A stretch of DNA of 64,000 bases from assembly GCA_013239625.1 (NCBI GenBank), contig MU053482.1, positions 1,277,168 through 1,341,167 of the forward strand. The letters run 5' to 3'. The notes beneath the pieces were generated by a model, which was not told where the DNA came from, ran no database searches, and saw only the letters and a program-made list of their open reading frames with translations. Made by a program: the position numbers and the translations under genes. Below, piece after piece: positions 13,721 to 26,720 of this stretch. How positions within the stretch are numbered: the stretch's first letter is position 1; every line of letters starts with the position of its first letter. The DNA is from Lama guanicoe (lineage: Eukaryota).

Positions 13721-13935
13721 GCACTAAAACAGGGGCGGATATAAGTGATGGTACCTGTGAGCCTGGACTGGCCTCCCCGGCCTCCTACATGAATCCTTTC
13801 CCGGTGCTCCATCTCGTCGAGGACCTGAGGCTGGCCTTGGAGATGCTAGAGCATCCTCAGGAGAGAACAGCCCTCCTGAGCCAGATCCCAGGCCCCACCG
13901 CTGCCTACATAAAGGAGTGCCTCGAGGAGAGCTTG
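13721..13935 (+). CDS. PPFIBP2: PPFIBP2 coding exon 2, (G)TKTGADISDGTCEPG...IKECLEESL, 215 nt
   Basis: Polypyrimidine acceptor cttctctcttgttccag|; donor TTG|gtgagt; phase 1 to 0 fits both neighbours. Confidence 0.95.
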
Positions 13936-14680
13936 GTGAGTCGGCCCTGAGCCTGGGTGGGGAACATGATCACGGAGCCCACGGGATGCCCCCACTGCCC
14001 AGGGCTGTTACTTCATCTGTGTCCCGTCCAGCCTTTCTTGCTTCCTGTCTGCCTTTAGCCAGCCGCCGCTGGGTGGCAGTCCTTCCCGGCAGAGGGAAGG
14101 GCCTAGGTGCGCAGCTTAAGCTACAGAACCTCAGCCTGCCTGTGCACCCCCAGTCACTCCCCGAGAGAGGAGCAAATGTGGAAGATTTTTTCCTCCCCAG
14201 TTAGTATGTGTACAATTGACTGTGCCATAATCCCTAGCTGGGCTCTCCATTTTCGGCTGAACCCCTCAATTCTTCTGAGAAACTGGAACCTTGTCATCTC
14301 ATCTATGCCTTTATTGCTGCCCCTCCTCTTCTGACCTCCTTGCCCTAGGAATCCTTCCCATCCCTTGAGTGAAATTCAGGCTTCCTGACTTTCCTTCTCC
14401 TGCTCTCTCTGGATCAGTCCTGCACCCCTGCTCGTCTCTAAGGGAAACAGATGAGTTACCAAAGCTGTAAATATATGGCTTTGGTGACCCATCTGCTTCC
14501 CTGTAGTGAGAAGCCAGTCAACTTTAAGAGACTAGTAATGTCTGGGAATGGGAAAGGTGAGAATCTGATCCATTGAGGAAGTGATCTGGAATGCAACCAC
14601 TCTAGGGCTGGGGAGCCAGAGAGGGAGCACGTGATTACCTAAGCTGAGTTTAGGGGTGAAAGCTGGGATGCAGTCTTTTT

Positions 14681-14769
14681 CATTCTTTCAGTGGAGGTAC
14701 TGGGGATTGAACCCAGGGCCTCGTGCATGCTAAGCAGGCGTTCTACCACTGAGCTATAACACCCACTCC
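14681..14769 (-). mobile_element. Vic-1-like SINE
   Basis: ggaggtactggggattgaacccagggcctcgtgcatgctaagc...ctaccactgagctata; imperfect TSD at 14669-14680 and 14770-14781. Confidence 0.9.
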
Positions 14770-15129
14770 TGTAGTCTTCTTCTCAAACTAGAGTCCTGTA
14801 GATCTGATTCAGAATTGCAAAGTATGCGGAGAGGTAGGAAGACAGGAACAGGACCAGTAAATTGGAAGGGCGAGGTTGATGTTGGAAACCGCAGACCAAG
14901 GAGGTTGAGCAACTCCTTCCTGGAGGTCAAGTCATTTGTGATGAGACAGATATGATGACATCCCGGATGTCGTGGCTACTCCTGTTTGGGAACCTGTCAA
15001 TACAGTCTTATCCCCATGTCTTCCTCTGAACAGTGAAGAATTCTTTCTTATATTCATTATATGTGTTATTCAACATTTTCATTACGTAGGCTGTCTGCCT
15101 GGGGTTCTTTAATAATATACTCATACCAG

Positions 15130-15623
15130 TGTGGTAGGGAGACTAATGGCCTTGCAGAGATGTCTACATCCTCATTGCCAGAACCTGTGAGTAAGTTACC
15201 TTTCACGGCAAAGGGGAAGGTAGCAGCTGGAATTAAGGTTGCTAATCAACTGAGTTTAAAATAGGGAGAGTAGCGTGGATTATCCAGCTGGGCCCAGTGG
15301 TAATCACTGGAGTCCTTATAAGTGGAAGGAAGCGGCAGAAGAGTCAGTGTTGGGAGTGAAGTGGTGGGAGAAGGACTCGACCCGCCTGCTGCTGGCCTTG
15401 AAGATGGAAGGGCCAAGAGCCAAGGAATTCGGGCAGTTGCTGGGAGCTGGAAAACTCGGCTCTCCTCTGGAGCCTCCAGAAAGGAAAACAGCCCTGTCAA
15501 CACCTTGATTTTAGTCCGGTGAGACCCATTTCAGACTTTTGACCTCCAGAACTGAAAGATAATGAATTTGTGTTGTTGCCAGCCTCTAAGTTTGTGGTAA
15601 TGCATCATGGCAGCAACAATACT
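15130..15623 (+). mobile_element. MLT1D-like MaLR solo LTR
   Basis: tgtggtagg...ccagaacctgtga...ggaattaaggttgctaatca...gagcctccagaaagga...caccttgattttag...gacctccagaactg. Confidence 0.85.
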
Positions 15624-16092
15624 GCCCAGAGAGAAAGGTGAAGGTTGCTGGATGGGTTTCGGGTGGGCTGAACCGGTTCAGGTTTGAAAACCTCTCCTCG
15701 TCCCTCCCCTGCCTGAAGACCTTTCTTGGTGGTCCCCTCAGACTCGTGCTGATAACAGAAGTCCCCGCCTGCTCCTCCGTGCCTTCTTTTAACCAGATCG
15801 GGAGTTGCTGGGGGATGGCTTTGATGGTGGGGTTCTCTCTCCCCACAGCAGAGGGATCCCCTTTGCCTCCCTAGAGAGGAACTCTCTGGCTGTGACTGTC
15901 CTTGTGGCTTTATGGTTCTTGTCTGGCTTCTCTCCAATCCTGTCTGGCCATTGTCTGCCCACCTGTGTGCAGCTGCCCCTCCCCGGCTCACTTTACCCCC
16001 GGCGTGGATACTGATCCCTCCCTCCCTTCCTGTTAGCTCTGCTGACTCAGGCTGCGGTGTTTAAAGAACATTTTATGACGCCTCAAGAAAGT

Positions 16093-16443
16093 CACAGGTC
16101 CGTAGCCCCTCAGTTTGAAACCCTTGGGTCCAGGTGCATTTTAGAACTCAGCACTTAAACTTGAGAAAGGTGAGGCTGTGTGTATCATATTATATGTACT
16201 GTTTCTTGCAGATACAGGGCAGGAAACATTCCCGTTTCTTCAGCAAAACTTGTGAATATTCGCATGAAGTGGGATAAAGAAGGGTTACAGATACATATTC
16301 CCCTGCCAGTTCAGGGCAGGTTTTGCTGCCAAATAAGTTTAGCACCAATGTCATTTAAAAAAAGAACAAACTTTGATTTTCTTGTTTCTTTTTCAGAGCA
16401 TTTTAGGGTTTCAGAATTGCAGGCAAGGGATGGTGAACTTATA
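16093..16443. mobile_element. Old non-autonomous DNA transposon (TcMar-Tigger-like)
   Basis: Degenerate inverted termini (acaggtcc...gaaacccttggg / cagaattgcaggcaagggatggtgaacttata); family recalled, not verified. Confidence 0.45.
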
Positions 16444-17021
16444 TGAGGGTTATTCCAGTGCAAAAAAACCCCCAAAAAACTTAAAGCCAAATATTCAGTA
16501 TCAGAAGTCACCACTTCCAAAGTCCATCAGACATAATCCCTCTCCCATCATCAGTCACATGTTGTCTGTCTCTGACCTTGGGCTGGCCTGTCACCATGTG
16601 CCTGGTGCCACTTGGAAACTCCCAGACAGCCTTCCCCGCTGCTCCCTGCAGCCTTTCATTAGGCTGCAAAGCAGTTTAGCACCTTCTTTCTTTAAATGCC
16701 TCCTCTCACTTCTCAGGACCTTCTCATCGCTTATAAGGAAGGGATGCACTGAAGTGCTTTCCTGAACAGAAGCCCAACATGCCCAGAGTACAGGCCATAG
16801 CTGATGTTCTTGTTCTTTACTATATAATTTACAGTAACTATGTATTTTTTACCTTGTATAGACATGCCTGAATTTATGTGGCCATTTCTCTAATGTTGAC
16901 ATTTAGATTATTTTTAGTCTTTAATATATGGCATTGCTGCAGGGAATGTCTTTGTCCAGAGTATTTGTCCTTATCTCTAAATATTTCCTTCAGTTAGAGT
17001 CCTAACAGCAGACTAATAGAG

Positions 17022-17131
17022 TAGGGTTAACAGACAAAATACAGAATGCTGAGTCCAGTTTGAAGTCTAGATAAATAATGAATACTTTTTAATAAGTATA
17101 TTTCATGCAGTTTGCTAACTCTGGCAACTCT
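17022..17131. mobile_element. MER53-like hAT MITE fragment
   Basis: Termini tagggttaacaga...tctggcaactct with internal agataaataatgaatacttttt. Confidence 0.55.
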
Positions 17132-20100
17132 GATCAGAGGTATTAGTCTCTTTAAGCCACTTTTCCAAACCACTTTTCAGAAAGATTTTACCCATTTATA
17201 TTTTAATTGGCAGGGTTTGAGGTACAACCTGATCAACAAACACTAAGATTAAAAAAACAGCTTTGTACCAATTTCATAGGAAGAAATGTTCTCATTTTAT
17301 CATTTTTGCATTTCTTTGCTTAGTAAGAAGACAAAACTTTTTTTTTTTCATTAGTTAATTACTATTCTTCTGTATGGTCTCCAAACTTGATGGCATTCCC
17401 TACCTGGAAAAAAAAAGTTCATTCTCTATATATACATACTCATATGTGGAGAATTGTTCTAATATATGTAAATTATAAAATATAGCCCCAAATAGAGATT
17501 TTTTTAAAGAATAGGTTAAAAATATAGCTCTAACATTTTCTCCCCACACACTTCAGAGATCATCTTGAGTCCTTTGGGTGTGCCCGCTGTAGTCCGATCT
17601 GGTAATAATAGTCTATACTTTTCCCCTCCCCCACCTGTTAGGAATTTAGTGCTTTTCTTATATTTAAATAACTTTTGACTAGTCTTTTTGCTTTGTGGCA
17701 TTTCTTTTCCTGTGTTTTAAAATGTTGTTTATAGTGGTTTTTTTTGAGACAAAGACTTTAAGAGGATTGTAATTAATTTTATCAGTCTTGCCTGTTTGAA
17801 TTTCTTCTTTTATTTCCAGAAAGGTCCTTCCCGACCTCAGATCAAATAATATTCACCTGTGTGCTCTCCCCAGCAGGTTTATAGTTTGATTTGTACCTTA
17901 TGGTTAACTTGAATTCATCTGCAATCTTTCTACTGTGTGGTTTGAAATATGGATCTAACTTTTCTAATTTACCTAAAATGATTCTTGAATATTTTTGAAC
18001 CAAAGGCAGTCAGTGTGGTTGTTGGTTTTTGCAAGATGCATTGCAGAAAACAGCTTGCATTCAGATTTACAGGTCTGTCCTGGGGCTGTTTACAATGGTT
18101 GGGGAAATGCTTGCCTTGGAGAGATTTTTCTAAAAGTTGTTGCGTTCATAAATCTTCTGGAGTAATTATGGCCATCAGCAGCCTATGAATGGTGTACTTT
18201 TAGGCAGGTCAAAAGTTCATATAAACATTCCAAGTTACCAGGGCTGGATGTTAAGGTTTTGATTCTGGACAGAGGCAGCCTGTCTGTATTTTAGGTCTCG
18301 CAGACTTAAAGTCATCTTACAGTCTGGGTCCACACACATTCTAAAGCAGGTCTCATCCATATGGAAATCGAATCCAAAGCAGTGAACAAACCCACTGCTA
18401 CTGTTTTAGGTTGATTTTAGATTGCCTTACATTGGTATTTGTAGTTAGAGGGCATTGCTATTCAAACTGTGGTCTATGGGCTAGCAGCTTTGGCATCCAG
18501 TAATATCTTGCCTTTAAGGAAAAATAATTTTAGACTACCCCCCACCCCCACTGAACCATTTCCAGGTGATTCATATTCACATTAAAGTTGGCAAAGCGCT
18601 GCTTTAAACCACAGAGACTCGAATTATTACCAAAAAAAAAAAAATCCCATGTAGCTTAGAATTGGAACTAAAAAGGTAGCTTGAAGGCTCAGGCAGACAA
18701 GAGCCTTCTCATTTTTCATTCATGGTCTCTGTGCGTCCTTGCGTGTTCTAACCCTAACCTGAACCCTAATCCCCTGTGTGTTCTCCTTGGTTGTGAACCT
18801 CCATTACTGCTTTGTTGTATGCTGGCCTGTGGGCCAACCTGGCCTTGTGACACCTCTGTTGAGATTTTTTCTCAGTAAAATGGTGTAAACTGTAAGGAGG
18901 TTTCTGTGTCACTAACAAGGTGTGCAAAGGATGAGAGATCCCAGGGTTAAATCAGTGGCTCTGGGATGACCTCAAGGGCTCTGGCCTTTCTTATCTTTCT
19001 GCCCCACCATCCTCAGGGGGTTGGTTTTTCCCCAGGTGTGACAAAGGCCATTCACTGGACACCTGCGCCAGCCCAGTTTTAGGATCGGTGGTCCCAACCA
19101 ACTCATACCCGGCTTGCGCTGGGCAGGAGCCGGCTCTGGGTTCCTGTAAAAAAACTTGGGCTGTATGAAGCTGGGAGGTATGCAGTTAAAGGGAGGGAAA
19201 AAGAAAAAAACTAAAGCGAACTTCATTGATGAAGGCAGTTTACTAGCAAAGGGGTTTTCACAAGCTGTTCCCTCATCTGTTCTGTAAGGCACACTCGAGA
19301 ATTTGTTAGTCATCAGCTTCTGTCACTCTGTAGGGCACAGTTTCAGTGTTGTGTCTGAACTTGGGGCTTATCCTGAGAAAGTCGGAGTGCCAGGGAGCTC
19401 CAGCTGGGGCCCCTCTATAGGAAAGGTTCCTGGAGTACAAGGTGGGCAGGGTTCACAGAAGCATCAGTGGGACTGTCGTGTGGCACAGCAGAGCAGTGTG
19501 ACCTTCTGTGATGTTTGGCAGACAGGGCCAAGCTCAGGGTAAGGGCTTGCAGAGCATGCAGTGGGGGCCCGTGTTGGAAGGCTGTGGTATCTGCTGTGAG
19601 GGGAACAGAACTGAGATCCAGGAGGGGGCTGCCTCTTTCCCGTCCCTGTAGCTGCCTCTAAGGCCTGTTGTGACATGGGGGGTGAAGCCCTCAGGGAGAC
19701 TGGAGCCCATAAGGGGCTGGTCAGCTAGCTTCCACCGGGCCCTGCAGGGCTGGGGGGCGGACCAGTGACGCAGGTCCGTGGGCGATGCCCCAGAGATACT
19801 AGAGCCAGTGGGGTCTCCAGATGGAGCAGCTCTGGGGGCTTCTCTATACATGCACTCATCTAGAAGGCGCCAGACTGTTCCGCTGTCTGATGGCTTCAGA
19901 TGTAGGTCAGGGGGATTTGGGGTGGAGTCCTGAGACTTCAGGGGCTGAAGATGAAGTGTGAGAAAAGGCAGGTAAACCCTGCCAGAGCAGCAGAGTGCGG
20001 GCAAGTCAGGGCAGAGCCCAGGCTCCAGGGTGAAGGGAGAACTTGGCAAAGACCCTCCAGAGGGACTATACCCTTCACCCTGCACCTCTCTCCAGAAGCA

Positions 20101-22345
20101 GGGTTCACAGAGCAGGCCTGGCCTCCCAGAGGAACCCAGGCTTCCCTCGGTGAGGCTGCAGTTGTCCCAGTCAGCACGCTTGGGCGGATGGAAGGGAACA
20201 AACCAGAGTGAGGCAGTGTGGGAGGTCGGAATGAGGTATAAAGCCAGGGCTCTGCCCTTTGCAGGTGGCTCTGGATGAACCTCTTTTCCCTCCTCTGGGA
20301 CTCAGTTTCGCTGCTGGAAATGACAGCTGGGTTGACTGTCTGTCCATCTGTAAGATCTGGCCACACGTTTCAGTCCTGCAGTTGGTGTAGGGGCTACAGA
20401 GCGGCCCCCTGGTAGGCAGCAGCCCTTGCCTTCCTCAGTCTAAACCTCTAGGTTTCCTAGGAGACAGGTTAGGGAGCCTCTTTCTTGGTGCAGCTGCCCC
20501 GGTCAGTGTCAGGGCTCAGCCGAGGCCGTCATCTCAGGAGCAGAGACATGGGATGCCCTGAATGGGCAGCCTCTGCTGGTCCTGGATGGTCGGGGGAAAT
20601 GAGGCCCCATCTAGGAGATACACCGTCACAGGTAAGCTCAGTTCTGACACCCTCAGCTAAAATAGGCTGGGCCCAGGAGGGCACACAGCTACCTGGTCAC
20701 AGATGGTGGCTCCTTCAGCTTGCACGTCCTTAAACAAAGCCCCTGCATTCCTGCCAGGTTCAACCTGCAATCTTTCATTCCAGCCAGAGAAGCAGATCTG
20801 TTCACCATATTGAAAAGCCAGAGGAGGTATCAAAAAAAGTGGGGAGAAGAAGCCGTTTAATGAATTATAAACCCCAAGCTTGAGTTTCTCACACCCTGCG
20901 ATCCGTCTCTGTATCCCGTTCTCCACCTAGGGACTGGAACAAGAGACCGATCCGGTATATGCGTGTCGAACGTGATCATTTTGAAAATTTACAGGCAGGA
21001 GTTTGATAGGAAAATCTTTCTCTCTAGATCTTAAGAGAGAAAAGCGGACATTTTGGTGATTACTTTTCAAGGGGGAAAAAAAAGCAGAGCCTATATGAGT
21101 CAATTTCCAGCATGTGTTTCTTGCCCTCCCCCCATAGGTGTGAACTTAAGAGACAGCCCAGAAAGTCATAGGTGTCAGCACTTTGTTTCCCCGATGGGAC
21201 TCCTGCCCTGGGTGGGGCTGGTGCACTGTTCATGTGAGGGTTTTTGTCCCTGCAGTACTGGAGGAAGCCACTAGGTGGGGGTCAGGGACAAATGCTGAAA
21301 GTCTGAACCCCAAGGAAGAAAATATGGGCTTTATACAAGAAAAATAGCTCCCTCCCACCTTAGAAAGATGACAGAAGCGCCTCTCATTAATGAAGCTGCT
21401 GAACAGTGCACCTGAGTCGGCTGGCAAAGAGTGTTCCTCCCCATTTCCCTTGGAACCCAGCGAACGAAGGCAGGCCTGGGAGGCCTACATTGTTGGTGGT
21501 CAGGGGAGACCAGAGGGCTGAGGGCCACTCCTGGGAGCATAAACTTGACCTACCATTATCAAAGTTGAGACCACCTCTCCAAACACCCTTCATTCCAGTG
21601 CCTTCTGCTGCCGTGCTATTAATCAGGATGGCTCTCTCCAATGCTGGGAGCGTTTCCTGACCCCGCATCTGCCAGGCCCTGCCCTAGAGGAGTCTGCCTT
21701 GGGGAATCTTGAATATGTTTTCTCCTGGTACAGTATACCCAGATGGGGGGACTTCAGCCGCTGCAGACTTAGCACCTTTTAACTTTCCTGGATTTTGTCC
21801 CCTCCCCCACCCTGCCGTTCCTCACTCTGAGTAACCTGTAAACCTCCTAAATTCTAGAAATCTGGCTCCTTTCAGACCTGACTTGAGACTATTTCAGTCC
21901 CTAAGAACCAGTGTTTATAAAAGACCAAGAATGTGCAAACACTGGTCAAAGAGCAAATAAATCCTTCCCCACCAAATTTACTGCTTTAGGCCCAGGGGAC
22001 CTGGTGGGCGATGTTGCCAGGTTAGCATGACTCGAGGTCTGAGCACGTAACACACACCGGGCCTCCTGCCTGCAGCAGGCAGGCAGGCAGGCTGCAGGGA
22101 TTTCATACTTCCAGGCAGATACCTCTGTACCCTGTGCTCCAAGGAACTTCTCAAAGTGGTTTCCTAACCTCTTACTCCGCAGGTATGGTCCTGAGCCCAG
22201 CAGGGTGAGCACTGCTTGGGAGCTTATTAGCGACTGCACAGTCTTGGCCCATTCCCAACCTGCAGGGTCAGCATGTGCATTTTTACAAGGACGCCCTCCA
22301 GCCCCGGGGGTTCACGATAGACAGGGAAGTGGCATCCTCACCTTG

Positions 22346-22629
22346 AGGTCAGCAGTCTGTGGACTGCATTTTGCCCGCTGCCTATTTCTTACACCCTGTG
22401 AGCTTTGAGAAATCACAAGAAGACTATTTTGTGATGTGACAATGATAGAAAATTTGAATTTCCGTCTTCACTCAGTGTTGCTGGAACCCAGCCACCCTCG
22501 CTGGTTTACACGTCTGCTGGGGCTGCTTTTGTACCACAAGTGGCAGGGTTGACTTAACAGGACCATATGGCCTGCAGTGCCTACAACATTTGCCATCTGG
22601 CCCTTTACAGGCAAAGGGTGCCGCCCCTT
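22346..22629. mobile_element. MER58-like hAT-Charlie element
   Basis: ggaacccagccac...ggggctgcttttg...accatatggcctgca...atctggccctttacag. Confidence 0.75.
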
Positions 22630-24002
22630 TTGTTAGCCTGTTGTGGAAGGGGGTCTTCGTGCTTGTGTGCCATGGGGGCCTGGGCTGTGGTGGCCAGGAT
22701 GCTTTTTCGTAAGCAGGACTCGGACTTGTTGTCAGTCCAGAGGAGCAGTGTCCTCAGGCTGGCTCTCCCCCTCTGCTCTCCTCCTCCCCCTCTTCTCTTT
22801 CCCCTCCCCCTCTCCTCTCCCCGCTCCCCTCTCTCCTCAGCAGCAGGCCTACTACACATGTAGCATACCTGTTGAAGGACCCAAGCCTGTCTCTGACTTA
22901 CTCGAGGTGTCCTGGCACCTACCACCATTGCCCAGAGGCCAGTGCTCCAGACTGAGCTGGAGCTCAGGATGCAGGCGAGAGGTCCAAGAATGATCCATGA
23001 CCTACCAGACCTCTCTCAGCTCACCATTCTGCCTGATTCAATGCTGCTGACTTCTGGCAGCCCCGCCAGCAGGAGGAGCAAAATTGCAGGAACTCCATCC
23101 CCAGTAATGCCCACACATTTGGGATTCCAGCCAAGTTAACAGGGTTCCCTCCTGGGCCCTGGAAGGGGGAGGAAGGTAGGCTGCACGAGTTCCCCTGCCC
23201 AGACGTGACCACTCTGGCCTCTTAGCTGTGTTTTTATTCTGCAAGTGCTCAGTTACCTGCCCTTTCCCCTCAGATGGCTGCCGCATGTTGCAGACAGTGA
23301 TGAGTTGAATCCGGTCGATGTGAGTTGCTTTTGGGAAGGCTCTGAGGGCTGTAGAGTCACCGTGATCATCCCAATTGGTGTACCCTGTGTGGTTCCTGAA
23401 AACTTCTCTCTTTAGCGTTGAATCCAGGGAGTCCCTGAGACTTGACATCATGGGGGCAGTAGTACAGTAGAAGCAGGACCACCCCCACCCGCTTTACTAA
23501 GGGCAGCCTAAACCTTTCAGAGTAATTGCTTAGGCCAGATAAAACCCCCGCTTTCTAATCTTTTGTGAGTCATGCATCATTTTGATAATCAGATAAAAAC
23601 TCTTTTGGAGAAAAAGAGATGTATTCCTACCAGTAGTGCTTTGTATACATTTTATGAACATCTTCAAGAGCCGTCTGATCCCCGAAGCCCCTCTTGGCCC
23701 ACTGTGAGGAGCCCCTGGCCCAGATGGCCTTCTGAGCGAGGGGTGCTGCCGAGGGTTCGCCTCACCAGCCTGGGCCAGCTGCTGCCTGGGGCTGAGTGAG
23801 TGAAAAGGTGCCCGTTGTCCCTGTATCTGTCACATCTCACATGCCCTGCTCCTAGGCCTCTGGAGTGCTATTTGGTAGATTTTTGAGATGAATGACAACA
23901 GACATAAAATTTACTTAGGGGTTTCGAAAACGCTGAGGTCAGAATCGCTACTTGAGGATACCATAAAAACATGTCAGGATTTTAGCTGCAACTTGTCTGG
24001 GT

Positions 24003-24082
24003 TCCTCCCTCCCTCCCTCCCTCCTTCCTTCCTTCCCTCCCTCCTTCCTTCCTTCCCTCCCTCCCTCCTCTCCTCCCTTTCC
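24003..24082. repeat. (CCCT/CCTT)n pyrimidine microsatellite
   Basis: Directly visible tandem cctccctccctcc...ccttccttcc. Confidence 0.95.
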
Positions 24083-25949
24083 CTTGCCCCGGACCCCACT
24101 CATCACACATGAGTTGAACTAATAGATGAAGTTGGCCCTGTCTTTCCTCCCTGTGCTGAGCATCTTTACCCAGGGCAAGCAGACCTCTAAGGCTCGTTTT
24201 CTCCAAATAGAATTTTTGGTTTTTCTTGCCAGTCTATTTGAGCCTCATTCTTTGATTCAAAGAACGTTGATGTTCTTTCTGTGAGCCAGGAATTGTGCTA
24301 GATGTGGAAATCAGGAGAGTCTGAAGTGGGCAGACATGTGAACAGGTGTGGCTCAGTATGACAGAGCAGGTGGTGAAGTGGGGAGGGCTGTGGGTGCCAA
24401 GGAGCCAGCTCCCCACGGGCAGGTGGGGGTCAGCGGAGCTGCTGCCTGGTGCCCTCTGACCACCTCTCACACCAGAGCCCGCTGAAGGACGCCGAGCTCC
24501 CCTCCAAGGGTATACCTTCCTCCCCCCGTCCAGCCCCCAAATCAGCCCCTCTCTCTCTTCTTCCCCGGAGCCCCAGAAGCACCTTTACCGCCTACCATGT
24601 GGAAATTATTTGCTCAGGGCAGGAAGTCAGTTTCAGTTGCCTTGGAGGCTGGGCAAACGGGTATTAACCAAATGAATTCTTCGTTTGACTTTCCCAGGTT
24701 TTTATAGACAGGGGAAAAAAAAAAGAGGCCTATCCACCCCTGCAACCTTAGAGGTGATCTTTACTGACACATCCTATCCTAGTTCTGGGCAGGGAACCCT
24801 GGTGGGTGGGGCCCCAGACAGTGTCTGGAACTGGGTCAGAGGCCAGAGGCCGGCTCTAGAGCTCAGGGCATGGGCAGCAGAGCCTGCTTTTCCTTTCTGG
24901 CCTCTGATCTGGGTGTGTCTCCAGGAATTTACTCCCCCTCTCGTGCCAGCTGCTGGCCAGAGCGCTCCTCCAGCTGCCTCTGTGATCCCTGTGGACGGCC
25001 GGCTGCTGGGGACGGTGCGTGTCTGCTTTGTCCTTGGGCTTTGCTCCTGGGCAGTGGACAGTGCGGATGCCATGCTAAGTGGCATGCTGACACCCAGCAG
25101 AGCTTTCTCCTCAGGCTGGGAGTTCCAGGAAGCCCCCCGGGACCACCCCCCCCGCCCCCGAGGGTGCCGGGAAGACCCACATAGTCACAAGATGTGCGTC
25201 TGCAAGTCATTTAGGGCTGCAGAGCTCAGAGCTTTTGCATGTAACCACAATTCCCACTCCACTCACATCAAAGACCGCTTTCATAATCAGTCACCTCTGA
25301 GGGCCACGCATTAAGGGTTGGGAAAGGGAGAAAAAGCTGTTTTTAGGGGAGCTCTCAAAGGAGGTGGGGGGGCAACACATGGGGAGTGCTGGGGAGGCCA
25401 CCCTGCAAAACCAGCAGGTGACCTGCCAATAGGAAGACAGACACAGCTCCCTGTCTCTGCAGTTTACTGCCTTCCCAAGGCTCCTACCTGGAACGCTCCC
25501 TAAATCTCACAGACACACATGCGAGGTGGCCTCGCCTGGCCTGTGAAGCAGCTAGTCTGGAGTGGGGACAGGCAGCCAGCGAGGCAGACCTGAGACTTGA
25601 CAGAAGCTGTGCCCATCCGTCCCTATGCAGAATATGGCCCCTGGGAGCCCTGTGGCGGTGGCTGGCTGCAGATATCTCCAAGGCGGCAGCAGTGGCCAGT
25701 GCCACCAGCGCCCAGGACGGCCACCGCCCAGGAGGGCCCAGAACCCAGACTGAAGCTGGTTGGGGATCTGGTCTTTTTTGGCAACAACAGGCTTCCCTCG
25801 GGGCACAGCCTGACGCTGGCCCGGAAAAGGGGGTAGGTGTGGGCTGCTGGGTGGTGGGGGGCAGACTGTGTGTGGGAACCAGCAGCTCCTCCAAGACCAA
25901 CACTTATTTTTAGTCTTCTCCCCAGTCCCAAATAAACCGAGAGCAGCTG

Positions 25950-26720
25950 GGAGCCTGTGGGTAAATGCAGAGTGGAGCGGAGACAGGAAACCGGGGTCTC
26001 TCTGTAATGAGTTCCAGCCACTCCAGAAGGGAAAAGCCAGACGAGGAATTTTCTTCAGGACCGTTTCCCTCTGGCAGGCTCTGGTATTATCACCGAAAAG
26101 AATGTTCCTATGTGTGTGTGTGTGTGTTTACAACTCCTGTCCAAGTCTGTCTCCCTCCCCCACCCCCTTTTGCTAGGTCCCCTGGCTCCGCAGGCTCTGC
26201 GTCCTAGAGTTGGTGCCTGTGTGTGTCCGGGGGCGGTGGGGGCGGATACAGGAGCCGCACGGTCTGGTCTGAGCCGCCTTGTCTCTGAAACTGTTCAGGG
26301 AAAGGCTGAAGGACACGGGCCAGGGAAGTGGGGAAATTTGAACACAGCTTGACGTTTCTGAGAGGGAGGGGGCAGGGGCAAGGAAGAGGAGAGAATTTGG
26401 TCTCTGGCCAGAAAAGGGGCTTTTTTTCAACCAAGGAATCTAACTGCTGACATGGGTTCCCAGCATGGATGGAGACATTGATGTTTACAAGCATTTCGCG
26501 TGGCTGAAGAGGGTAAGTGACTGGCTGCTTTGTGTGGGTCTCCGTGGAGATGAGTGAGGGGAGAGACACTTGGGAGTGTGTGCGGGCGCGCGTGTGTTTT
26601 GTTGGGGGAGGTGTTTGTCCGGCAAAGCTCTGTTGTGGCCAAGTTCTCCATGAGAATCTAATTATAGACATGAGGGGAGAAGACAGTCAGCTGTCTTTGT
26701 TGCTCCTCTGACATTCTGAT
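25950..26720 (+). promoter_or_regulatory. Candidate internal promoter / 5'UTR region for the alternative first exon
   Basis: Repeat-free and GC-rich, with two GC boxes (GGGGCGG at about 26230 and 26239), locally more CpG, surrounding the 26465 ATG and 26513 donor. Confidence 0.45.
26465..26512 (+). CDS. PPFIBP2: Candidate alternative first coding exon of PPFIBP2, MDGDIDVYKHFAWLKR
   Basis: Strong Kozak cagcATGG, 16 open codons, perfect donor AGG|gtaagt in phase 0, which matches the 43559/43565 acceptors. Confidence 0.72.

Noticed and set aside
19534..20085. 183-aa minus-strand ORF
   Set aside because: Pro/Ser-rich, no recognisable homology, no supporting gene structure.
24685..25314. 209-aa ORF, the longest in the track
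   Set aside because: TTG start, no recognisable domain, GC-rich intronic sequence with overlapping ORFs on both strands; consistent with chance.
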